A DNA stretch of 46,535 nucleotides, the filler included, from Streblomastix strix (lineage: Eukaryota): the NCBI GenBank assembly GCA_008636045.1. It is 2 parts of 2 records of this genome, joined end to end, with 100 filler letters (N's around TTAATTAATTAA, not from the genome) between each part and the next. Parts side by side here need not be neighbours in the genome. Positions count along the whole stretch, not along the records: positions 23,325 to 46,535 come from SNRW01000296.1; 1 more part is not named here. One strand, 5' to 3'. The notes under the pieces were generated by a model. The model worked only from the letters and a program-made list of their open reading frames with translations, did no database searches and was not told where the DNA came from. Below are positions 26,329-37,937 of this stretch, piece after piece. The position numbers were made by a program, and so were the translations under genes. Position 1 is the stretch's first letter. The number at the start of each line of letters is the position of its first letter.

Positions 26329-27483
26329 AAGTAGTAGGCAAAAGAATCTCACTGCTTTATGAAATTTAAACTTAAAAATTACGGAAAAATTAATAGTGGA
26401 TATAATCAATCGTAATAAAAATGAAAATAATTTTTCGATAAAATGAGTGAAAAATAATTAATAAAAATGATTTATGGATAGGATTTATTGATATAATTTT
26501 TATATAGGATTTATGAAAATAATTTATGGATGTGAAATGAATGAAAAATGAAAAATGAAAAATGAATAGGATTTATTATAATAATTTATGGTGATCGCTA
26601 ATGTAATAAGGTTATTTTTTAGGTTAAATTACATTGGGCAGTGAGATTCTTTTGCCTACTACTCTTGGAAATTAATTTATGAACTCAATCTTACATAGTT
26701 ATTTAATTTTTGAGAATTTTTTAATGATTAGAGATTTTATGTTTATTTGTAGTGAAACAGTGTAAGAAAATATGGGGGACCTTCAAGGTTTTCAATGATA
26801 TACGATGGATGAAAAATGATTAATCATAAGGATGAATGATAAAAAATATCTTATACGGAAAATATAAATAAAAAATTAAAAATAATTGAGGAAATTGAAG
26901 GTGACCAATAGATTCAGAATCACGAATAAGCAACATTTTTAAATTCTTCGTATGTGATATGACCTTAGTGAAGAGTATGAATGAGATATGAAAAATTGAA
27001 AAAATTGATAAGATTTCAATAATCAATTTAAATATTTTAAAAATAATATATAGCCAATAAAAAATCAATATATACAGTAAAAAATAAATGTTTTCTGAAT
27101 GACTTGAAAATTGATGCATTAGTCAATGTTGATACCCTGATCAGAAATATGATGATAAAAGTTAGTAATGAGACTGATGATTCGGTAAAATTAAGCGAAA
27201 CAATGAAAAAGATTAATGGAATGGATAAATGAAGTGAATTGTCCTTGTGTCCTGAGTTTCTTGAGTGTCTTGAATCATAAGCTGACACCTTTGATTCCCA
27301 TCATATTAGACAAAATGCTATAAAGTTAGCGAAGTTGAGAAATGATATGAATTGCCTATGTGTCCGGAATGTCTTGAGTGTCCTGAGTCTCAAGTTGATT
27401 CCTAGGATTCCTGCCATATTGGACATAATTCCTTAAAGTTAGGGAAGTGGATAAATGAAGTGAATTGTCTGTACAAATAAAAA

Positions 27484-27650
27484 ATGGCAGCCTCTTTGAA
27501 AATGGAACACGGATTTGTTTCACCATTAGTAAGTGTGTGCTAGCGGAGTGGATAAATGAAGTGATTTGTCTAGGTGGAACAAGAAACGGAACGGAACAAA
27601 TCCTAGAGACGCCTGCAAATTCTGTCAGCAATCTGCCATAAGCCATAAAT
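27484..27650 (+). repeat. About 165-bp repeat, copy 1 (upstream of primase-helicase)
   Basis: ATGGCAG...TTTGAAAATGGAACACGGATTTGTTTCAC...GCCATAAAT, repeated at 30539-30705. Confidence 0.9.
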
Positions 27651-27702
27651 TAAATAAAAATTTGTTTTAAGAAACTATTTGAACTTTTTATCCGAAAGCA
27701 AA

Positions 27703-30510
27703 ATGGCAACAGAAGAATTTTCAAATGACAAATCAAACTAACAAACAAATGTGAAATGTGAGACACTTGAGAAAGGACCTAAACGTAAATTTACTCGCAA
27801 ATCGAAAGCAAATGAGAAAGCAAAAGAGATGATTGATCAAATGATTAATGAATAAACGAATGAATAGACGAATGAATAGACGAATGAACAAACTATTGAA
27901 GAGAAATATGACTAACACATTCATGAATTACGTAATTAGTATGGAGGAACTGATAAAGAATAGGATGAAAGGCACTATTTAATATATCTATTAGAAAAAA
28001 AATAGAGAGGATAACATATTTCTAGAAGTAATGCAACCATTAGTGAAATTACATATGTAAGAAAAAGATTCGAAAATAATAATGGAACGCATTAACGATG
28101 CTATGATTAACACAGTAAACTATACAAAAATTAGCTAATATGAAGGAAAAAATATTAAATATCAAGGAAATTAATTGATTTATCATTAATGGATAAAAAT
28201 AATCTATGTGTAGTTGATATCGATATTCATAAAGAAAAATCAATAGAAGAGATTGATAAAATAAGATAAAATCTAATTGATTCTCTTCCACCAAATGTAG
28301 GTTTAGTAAATACTGCTCAAGGATGATTACGTATCTATTGCAATAGAAATTTCTATCTATTATTTTTTAATTATAATATAAAAGTAGCTATAATAGATAG
28401 TTTTGATATTGATGTATTTGCATAAATGACTAAATATAAAATTGAAAATGGATAAGAGACTAAAGAAATAGTATAGAATGGAGTTGTTGCTCCTATCACA
28501 GCTATTCGAGAAACTAAAAATAACTAATGAGTTACATTCAAGTATGAAGCAGTTAATGATTGGGAAAATACATCACATTTAGCGAGCTTGAGAGAGATAC
28601 TTGACAAATGGAATATAGATATTGAGATGTCATATAAAGATTACGCATAACAGCAACATGATAGAATATATGGAGTACAATTAAAACATGATGGAAAAAT
28701 TTAATAAATGAATGAAGAACTTGCATAAGTATGTGTTAATGGATTGAAGAATCTTGATAAACATAATTATCTTTAACCAATCAATATGGAAGAATCTCCT
28801 CTAAGTACATTCTGTGGATTATATGGAATCAGTAATGAATCTATTAGAACTGAAGGATTAGTTAACATACGTAAATTCAATAAGCTAACTGCAAACGCTG
28901 ATAAGAACTACGGATAAGCTTCATCTAATGGTGAATGCAAACCAAATCCATGGATTCTAACAAAAATCTTAAGATACCTTAATAAAGACTACTATGAATA
29001 GATAATTAAACTATTATTGAAAAAGAATTATGAAGCAAAAAAGAAGGAAAAATAAATATTAATTAACAAAACATTGATTCCAAATAAAATTGAACTAACT
29101 GATGATTTCACTCTATTTGACATGTAAGAGAAAGCAGCTAATGGAGAATATGAAAATGAACAATAAATTGCTATGGATTTAACTAGATTATTAGTCTACT
29201 ATGAAGGCGATACTGAAGATATATATGCGATTAAAGGATATGATGCTATTTGCGATACATAAGTTTTATATCATAAGTTAGAAGGAACAGTCTATAAATA
29301 ATTAGAGAAAATTAATATTATATTTCAAGAATAAGAAAATTGATGAAAAAGATAATTCAAAACCATTAACTGTAAAATATATCTTTAAAAAAAATATGCT
29401 TCAAAATTTGTTAAGAAAGGATGCAAATTCATTAGTGAAAATCCAAAGATTCCTACTGAATTCTAAGGATATAAGTATATGAAATTAGATACAATAGATT
29501 ATGAATGCTTGCAGATGTTCTTTGATTTGTTTAAAGAATCTATTGCTGCAGGTGATGAAAGAGTCTATGAATACATCCTTAATTGGATGGCATGGTTGAT
29601 ACAAAATCCTGGAAAAAAGTCTAGAGCTGCAATAGTGTTACAAGGTAGATAAGGAATAGGTAAAAATAGATTCACTGATATGATTGCTGAACTAACAAAA
29701 TCGATATAGTTTCTCTAACATTACAAATTTAGATGAATTCACAGGAAGATTCAATTTAGTAGTTGAATTTAAAATGTTTGCAGTACTGAATGAAATGATG
29801 AATTATAATGACTCAAAGAAAAGTGTTGCAACAGTAATGAAATCAACTATTTCTGATTTAACTATAAGAATTAATGAAAAGAATTAGCTTAGAAGAACGG
29901 CTGAGAATGTAATGAATATAATCTATGTAACAAACGCTGATATGCCTGTATAGTTGGACACTGATGATAGACGTCATTTAGTATGCGCTTGCAAGACTGT
30001 TCATTAAGTGAGTGAAGAATATAAAGAAGATGTTGAATATTTTAATGAATTAAGCTAGAGCTATACTTAAGAGTTTTATGAAAACTTGATGACATTTCTA
30101 CTTAAAAAAAGATATTTCATAGTTCAATCCAACATTAATTCCAATAACTGAAGCAAAGAAATAATTGATAAATGTTAGTTGATCTCCAATAGATGATGTG
30201 ATTATGGAATATTATGAGCAGTTCAAATAAGGAATTCCAATAGCTCTTGTAAATTTAATGCAAACCATAGAATTGGTAAATGAAAACCTATAAGAATGCG
30301 ATGATACATAAATGTTCAGAATATACACCAAGAATTAATGGATTAAGAATTAGAGTGTACAAATTAATTGAGGATTAATTGAGATATTATGATAAAATGA
30401 TGAGTGAAGAGGATATCGAAACATCTAATGCAAAATACTAGAAATATAAGAAATCAATTGAAAATAATGAGTTCATTGATTAGATAGTATAAGAGACAAA
30501 AGAAGAATGA
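27703..30510 (+). pseudogene. Prim-Pol (AEP) primase fused to a D5-like SF3 helicase; several frameshifts and stops
   Basis: LCVVDIDIH, VNTAQG*LRIY (degenerate TxxGGxHxY), ILNWMAWLIQNPGKK, Walker A GRQGIGKN (29644-29667), FAVLNE, NIIYVTN, DDRR. Confidence 0.88.
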
Positions 30511-30538
30511 AAATGAATTTATTTTTGTTCAAACTTTT

Positions 30539-30705
30539 ATGGCAGGCACTTTGAAAATGGAACACGGATTTGTTTCACAGATAGTATGTGTGTGCTAGTG
30601 GAGTAGGCGAAGGAAGTCATTTGTCTAGGTGGAACAAGGAACGAAACGGAACAAATCCTACGGACGCCAGCAATTTTTGTCTGCCATCTGCTATATGCCA
30701 TAAAT
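30539..30705 (+). repeat. About 165-bp repeat, copy 2 (downstream of primase-helicase)
   Basis: Direct repeat of 27484-27650. Confidence 0.9.
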
Positions 30706-30928
30706 GAAATTATTGATGTGATGTCTTGGAGATGTGACCATTATTTTTGGAAATGAATGATTCCATGATAATTGAAAATCCTTCAATATATTTGTGAAAA
30801 TGAGGGTGGAACAATTTTAAAAGCTGATTATTTGGATGTCTACCATAAATGAATTCATATGGTAGTGCAATTTAGGTAAAATATCTATTAATTGTTCAAA
30901 TTAAGATTCAAAATGAAGGATTATAAAA

Positions 30929-31071
30929 TTATGGCAGATGGCAGCACTTTTCCACAAACTCAAAAATTTCTGTTCCGTTCCGTTTCACGTTTCACTTAGA
31001 GATTTATATAATATTAACTATGATTCTAACACATGCTCACTAGTATGTGGAACAAATGGAATAATTTCAAA
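30929..31071 (-). repeat. Diverged inverted third copy of the 165-bp repeat
   Basis: Reverse complement shares TTTGAAA, ATTTGTT-CAC, AAACGGAACGGAACA and CTGCCATCTGCCAT. Confidence 0.65.
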
Positions 31072-31342
31072 TTCAACCCCTGATATAAAGTTTTATAATT
31101 ATTATTAGTTTTCATTAGCGCAAAAATAAATCATATTCATTGATTATATCGATCAATTATATCGCTAATTTAAAGTAAATTCTGTACGTTAGTTATGATA
31201 GTTTTCTAAAGACGTCGAATCAAAAGGAGTTACAAATCGTTAGCAGATGCACGGAATTTCTATCGTTGAATTCTATATTTTTATTAGGCACGGGATCGTT
31301 ACTCTGCGGCAATGCGTTCGGCTTCACATGCTCACAAATAAA

Positions 31343-32134
31343 TCACGCTCTAATCATATTCAGTAATTTTATAATTAATTTACTAGTATTATCATCTAAA
31401 TCTAAAGTGTAATATTATTGTTTTGTTCGTTAATTATCGTTAATAATCTTATAAAATCTATTCAAATCTATCTCTTGTATCTCTTCTCTGTAAATAGCAG
31501 CATAATCACTCTTGATCGATCGTTTATTCATTTTATCTCCAAAACTAATTCCTTTAAATATTTCATTCAATAATTGTTTTTCTTGCTTGTTATATCTTAA
31601 CGCAATTGATAGAGGAACAAATGAGTTTGATAATTAATATATATTTTCCAAGAATAATAATCGACCCATTCCACTGTTCCCATCTTCATGCGGATGAATA
31701 CGTTCGTATAATAAATAACACGCAAACAGAACAATAATCTTATTAGATTGATCATACTCATAAACGAAGTCCAGTAACTATTACAGTTCATTTGGATCGA
31801 TTTTTTCATGTTAAATTCCAACATTAGCTGCAGAAATTATTTTTGAATTATTCTTATTATTAACATAAACATTATAATGCCTAAATGTCTCTCTATTGAA
31901 TAGTGCATAGTATATTTCATCGATCTATGGCACTTCATTACTCTTCAGATAGTCAATTGCATCATTAATTTTACCTTTTGATAATATATACTATTCAATA
32001 CAGTTAGTATCCATAATATCCTTATACATTATTCTATCTGCATCAATCGTATCTATTACCTTTCCTATTTAGTCATATCCATCATCATTGAACGTTATTG
32101 TAAATTCTTTAATTTTTATCGATTATCTTGGCAT
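31343..32134 (-). CDS. Fic/Doc-domain protein
   Basis: FRHYNVYV followed by YERIHPHEDGNSGMGRLL (31661-31696), versus consensus HPFxDGNGRxxR; open frame of 264 codons. Confidence 0.85.
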
Positions 32135-32328
32135 CTTTTAAATAATAAATGAAATGATATTCGTTATAGTTGTTGGAACTTCTTTAGTGTTCATCGCTAT
32201 TGCAAATATTGGCTTGTTTCTTATTGCTGCATCTGCATATAATACGCCAACCAAAGAAGAAGAAAAGACTCCAATAAATTTATCATTTTATTCGTGACTA
32301 TTAGACCTGTTATTTTTAGTTATAATAA

Positions 32329-32922
32329 ATGTTATAGAGTCGATCAGTATCACTATCTGAAAGAATATCATAAAAAGAGGTAATGTCACCACGTTTATCC
32401 GTATCAATAATTCCAGCAATTGTAGAAGTTGGTTCTCCATTCGAAAAGGAATAAGATAAAGTGTCTGTTCAATCTGTTTGTTCAAGAAGAAGATCATCCA
32501 TATTTGAAGAAATAATAATACCTGATCCATCAGTATGTCGATGGCTACTTGAAATAATTTGTGAAGATGAACACATAACCAAAGAATCAGCACGTTTCAT
32601 ATTATCTGAACATTAATTAATAAGAGTAATTGCATATACATTTGATGAAGTGGAAAACTAAGTTGTACTTAATTCAGATGATGAAGGATGCTGGGGTTAA
32701 TTTATGCACGATGGCACTAGAACATTAACAGATATAACAATAAATAATGTTAATATTCTTACTCTAAATATCGATAAAGTCAATCTTCTCAAATATTCAT
32801 ATAAAATATGCTTATAAAAAATAGGAAAAATAACTAGTATATTAGATCTTGGAGATATCTCATCAAAATTAATGTTTGCTGCAAGTAAAAGATTAATAGT
32901 AGTTCTATCACAAATTCATTGA
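32329..32922 (+). CDS. Hypothetical viral protein (197 aa)
   Basis: Uninterrupted code-6 ORF MLQSRSVSLSERISQKEVMSPRL...LSQIH-TGA. Confidence 0.6.
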
Positions 32923-32949
32923 TTGATCTATATTATTTTTGGTAATTAA

Positions 32950-35820
32950 ATGGCTGATGCAGACTTACACTCACTAGATGTGCTCATAAAACATGATGAA
33001 ATTTTGTTCGAAAACATTAGATATAATTCAATTAGCTTAGTTGAATAGGTCGAAAATACTAACAATCAAATCAATATGATAAATAATGCGCCTACACATG
33101 ATGTATATACTAGACCTGAAGCAAATGAAATATTTGATACAAAAGCTGATAAAACTGAGACATATACTAAAACAGAAACCGATACTCTACTTGATGCTAA
33201 AGCAGATAAAACTGACACTCATACTAAAACAGAAACAGATACTCTACTCGATGCTAAAGCAGATAAAACTGACACTCATACTAAAACAGAAACAGATACT
33301 CTACTCGATGCTAAAGCAGATAAAACTGAAACTCATACTAAAACAGAAACAGATACTCTACTCGATGCTAAAGCAGATAAAACTGAGACATATACTAAAC
33401 CAGAAACAGATACTCTACTCGATGCTAAAGCAGATAAAACTGAGACATATACTAAAACAGAAACAGATACTCTACTCGATGCTAAAGCAGATAAAACTGA
33501 CACTCATACTAAAACAGAAACAGATACTCTACTCGATGCTAAAGCAGATAAAATTGACACTCATACTAAAACAGAAACAGATACTCTACTCGATGCTAAA
33601 GCAGATAAAACTGAGACATATACTAAAACAGAAACAGATACTCTACTCGATGCTAAAGCAGATAAAACTGAGACATATACTAAAACAGAAACAGATACTC
33701 TACTCGATGCTAAAGCAGATAAAACTGAGACATATACTAAACCAGAAACAGATACTCTACTCGATGCTAAAGCAGATAAAACTGACACTCATACCAAAAC
33801 AGAAACAGATACTCTACTTGATGCTAAAGCAGATAAAACTGACACTCATACCAAAACAGACACAGATAATCAACTCGATGATAAAGCTGATAAAACTGAA
33901 TTAATTGACTCATATTCCAAGACAGAGGATGATGCTCTCTTATTACTGAAAGCTAATGTTGCAGATTTAACGAATTATGTTGATTTAACTTCTGCTCAAA
34001 CAATAACAGGATAAAAATAATTCGGAGTAATTAGTGTTTCCAGCATATCGAAATTGAGTAAAAATGATGCTTCTATTCTTCTTGCAGATGGAGGAGATAT
34101 GTTAGTTAGTTCATTAGTGACTTAATCATAATTATAAGAAGTTAGAGATATTGCTACAGGAAAGTCAAAAACATATGTATTCTCAACATAAGGAGAGTTG
34201 AATGACTGGATGGCTGATCAGGAGAATGTAGCAAAACTAGTAATTGGAGAAAATTTATATATTGTTGATAAAGAAGTTACTGATTATTGGTGAGATGGAA
34301 CTAACTTAAAAGTACTAGAAACATAATTACCTGATATGAGTAATGTTATCACAACCCTAGGAACAGCTACTGGAGGAGGTAATGCTATTATTGATATATC
34401 AATTGATGGAAATATACTAACACCAGCGAAAAATAAAAATTTTTTAGATGCAGATTACGACCAAAGTATTAGTGGTTAAAAGATATTTAATATAACAATA
34501 CATTCAGTTGGAATCATGGTTTAAACATATGATAATTCAAGTATCGTTTATGCTGAAGGAGGAGTTCGATCAATTGCAGATATTTATAGTGCTTCATATT
34601 ATAAATCGGAGGATGATGCACTCTTATTGTTGAAAGCTGATAAAATATAACTGATTGATTCATATACTAAAGGTGAAACAAATAATCTCTTAAATTATAA
34701 AGCAGATACTGGAGTTTCTTATACTAAAGGAGAAGATGATGCACTCCTATTACTTAAAGCTGATAAATCAACAACATATACCAAAACAGAAACTGATCAA
34801 TTAATATGATAAGTTGATATAGGAGATGTTGATTTGACTGATTATTACAATTAAACAAAAACTGATGAATTATTAGGAGAAAAAGCAGATACAACCGAAC
34901 TATCTAATTATGTTACGTTAGGTACTTCATAGACAATAGCAGCAAACAAGACTTTCAATAATGCTTGTAGATTCGTTAATTCTATAGATGGAATGTCAAC
35001 AGTTACTGGATCATCATTTATCAAATAAGGTGCAGATAATTCTGTCGTATTACTTGGAGCTGGTGGCACTAAACCACTTTCAGAATTTACTGGTAATCCA
35101 ACTGATTTATCAAATTATTATAGTAAAAGTGAAACTTATTCAAGAACAGAAACAGATAATAAATATGTTAGATTGGAAGGTTCATTTCAATAAATAATTA
35201 AAAGAAGGTTAAAATATGTAAGTTCATTTGGTTAAACATATGATGAGACATAAGATCCAGTTGGAAATACATATTTGACTTTGTCAGAAATTGATGCAAA
35301 ACTAACAAATTATGTTAATACTGTTAATAATTAATCAGTAAATGGAACTAAGATATTCAATGCAAATGTTAATGCAACAGGATTTGTGAAAACAGGTAAA
35401 GATGATACATCAGTCTTATTGGCTGGAGGGGGAGATTTTGGTATTATCATCATTTGGAGGATTAGAATTAGTAAATATTACTTATACTAATGATGTGGTT
35501 AATCCAACTTCAATAATGTAACTAAAATGTTATAGATATGGATCACTTATCAATTTTTATGGTTATATATATATATGGGTAATGGAGTAGGAGCATCTGG
35601 TGCTTCAGTTGCAGTTTGCACACTTGCATATGCTGGATTTCTAAAGTATTAATTTTAAGCAGGTGATATAGTTTTTGCTGGCTCTGCACCACATGTTGCA
35701 AATTTCAGATTTGGAACTGATGGAAAAGTTACTATAACTATTAGAACCCTATCTGGAACAGCGGGTTTAGCTGGTTCAGCATCAGCATATATCAACATTA
35801 CATATCCCGCAGCAAATTGA
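32950..35820 (+). pseudogene. Phage-tail-fibre-like virion fibre protein; 2 in-frame TGAs and 3' frameshifts
   Basis: 19-aa repeats DAKADKTETYTKTETDTLL, QTITGQKQF/QSVNGTKIF units, FVKTGKDDTSVLLAGG, and a C-terminal YRYGSLINF...FGTDGKV...YINITYPA head. Confidence 0.75.
33136..33900 (+). repeat. 57-bp coding tandem repeat, 13 copies plus a partial
   Basis: GATGCTAAAGCAGATAAAACTGAxACxxATACTAAAACAGAAACAGATACTCTACTC repeated. Confidence 0.97.
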
Positions 35821-35893
35821 AAACAATAATGGAACTATTGATATTAGCATTACCTATCAAACTAGTCTATTACTATTATTTTTGAACTATGAA

Positions 35894-37501
35894 ATGTACA
35901 GAGTTTACCTAGATGAAGCATTATTAGAAGCTGCAGGGCTATTAGAATTTCCAGAATATTATGCGTATATTCTCGAGAGAGATCAAGAGCAAGTTCCACC
36001 AGCGTAACGAATACCGATCGGAGAATAAACTTTATAAAGATAAGTGAAAGAAAATGATGATAGTCTCTTTAGCACAAACGAAGAGTTCGTTCCTCCTGTT
36101 TCAAATGCTCCTATAAAATTGAATTTAAGTTCATAGCTAGGACGATCTAGTTTCTTAGCAATTGGAGGATCAAATCCATAATTAATTGTTTACGGTGATC
36201 GTGTTACATTAACCGTACCATATAAAACTACTGGATTATTTCCCGGAGGATATTTATTCAAAAGTTATCCAGAATCTGTGAGACCAAAAGAGGGTGATAA
36301 AGTGATTGCATTAGTTGGAACAAATTCTACGAATAAAAATAGTATATTTTGTTACATTGATTAGAATGGACCATTTATCATCAGTACATCATAGATTCCA
36401 TCAAAAATTGCTATCATACTAAATATATCTTATTAAAAAAAATATAAATTATCAAAAAAAATAAATTATGACGCAATTAATGATGGACGAGTTGATATAA
36501 TGGATATTTGGCATGTTAATGGTAAAGGAACATTCGAAACATCATCACATGTATATGAAACTGTGAAAAAATAAACTGATTTAATTGCAACAGGATTATT
36601 TGGAGATGTTAAAGTAAATTATTTGAATAGTGATATAAAATTATTGGATGAATTAGCAATTTATAAAGCAGATAGAGCAGCATTCTTCATTAAAGAAGGT
36701 CCGTTTATTATATTTAATTTTGGTGCTAAGTTAGGATAAATAATATAATAATAATCGAATTCAGATAATCAACAAACCGTTCATAGATTATTTTTGACAA
36801 TAACTTAAAAATTACTTCCTCTAAATTTGAAATACATGCCATTTCGTACTGAACAATAAGAGTATATAGCGATGTGCTTATTCAAAGATATATATGATAA
36901 ATCATTAGCAGTAGAAGTAACTGTAAGTGGAGTATTGAATTAATATGATTGTGAATTTCAAGGAACATATACACTGGAAAATTATAAGAATCCAACATCA
37001 AATGAAGAACTAAATGCACTTACATTAGATTCAAAAGAACCTGATTCTCATATTGATGAAGTGATAATAAAACACGATGGAAAATTAGCAACATCATCTT
37101 TACAAATATATACCATAACTAATGTATTCAATTAAATTCAACTTATAACACCTTTTGATCAAGGTGGACATGCTAATAATTCATTCTATATTGTTGATGA
37201 TGGGACTTGCAAAGTATGTGTATTCAATCTTTATTTTGAAACAAAAGGATAAGAAACAAGTATATAAGAGATCGATAGGATTCCAGATTCTATATTACCA
37301 ACTGATGGTAAAAGTATAGGATTTCTTGCATCTGTCTACTGAAATGCTGGTGGATATATTATTTGGTTAGGTATGTGTTATTTCGGATTCAATTAATAAT
37401 ATAAAATGTAATATTGCTTTTTGCAAAATGTTCAAGAAGTAATCCCTGAATCATCAAATGAAATTTATAAATATTGCTCAAGTGGAATGTATTATCTATG
37501 A
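35894..37501 (+). pseudogene. Beta-rich protein with tandem receptor-binding-head-like domains; internal TGA at about 37340
   Basis: LIVYGDRVTL...YPESVRP, FIKEGPFIIFNF...LLP, FYIVDDG...IPDSILPTDG. Confidence 0.5.
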
Positions 37502-37554
37502 GACATTGATTCGATAAATTGATGCAATTACGTTTATTTTTGCGCATTAAAATC

Positions 37555-37884
37555 ATGGCACCGGGAATATTCAGTAAGCTTAAAAAATTAGTCTAGGTAG
37601 TTGATAAAGGAGTCAATTGGATGAAAGATAAAGTAATTAAACCAATAATGCCCATAACAAATGCACTTCTCTAATCATTGGTACCAGCAAGAAGTATGGT
37701 GGCGAAAAGAATTAGTGCAGGATCATCAGTGGTTGATGCTTTATTTGGATCAAATAAATTGTAATCAAAATAATAGTTCAGATAAGATTTTAATACATTC
37801 AGATAAGATGATTTCTTAAGGAAAAAGGTTCCGATTGATATAATAAGCAACTACATAAAGCTTATTGGAGATGAATTTCAGTGA
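37555..37884 (+). CDS. Small protein with N-terminal amphipathic helix (adenovirus protein VI-like candidate)
   Basis: MAPGIFSKLKKLVQVVDKGVNWMKDKVIKPIMP; lies immediately upstream of the MCP. Confidence 0.6.
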
Positions 37885-37937
37885 ATCATTACTCGAGTTA
37901 ACTAACATATAATCAGATTATTTTTGTGCAATTATAC

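Noticed and set aside
26771..27330. Possible viral ORF upstream of the repeats
   Set aside because: Many TGA stops and no recognisable motif, so no defensible call
32153..32296. 47-aa hydrophobic ORF (MIFVIVVGTSLVFIAIANIGLFL...)
   Set aside because: Could be a real small membrane protein, but it is too short to support without homologues
33136..33900. CRISPR-like array
   Set aside because: Contiguous coding tandem repeat with no unique spacers
33086..33904. Alternative-frame and antisense ORFs over the 57-bp repeat
   Set aside because: They are open only because the repeat unit lacks stops; the KADK frame continues into the fibre gene on both sides
34285..34296. TGA read as Trp in the viral genes
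   Set aside because: In-frame TGAs also replace Gly or other residues, co-occur with frameshifts, and TGA terminates genes; decay is the simpler explanation
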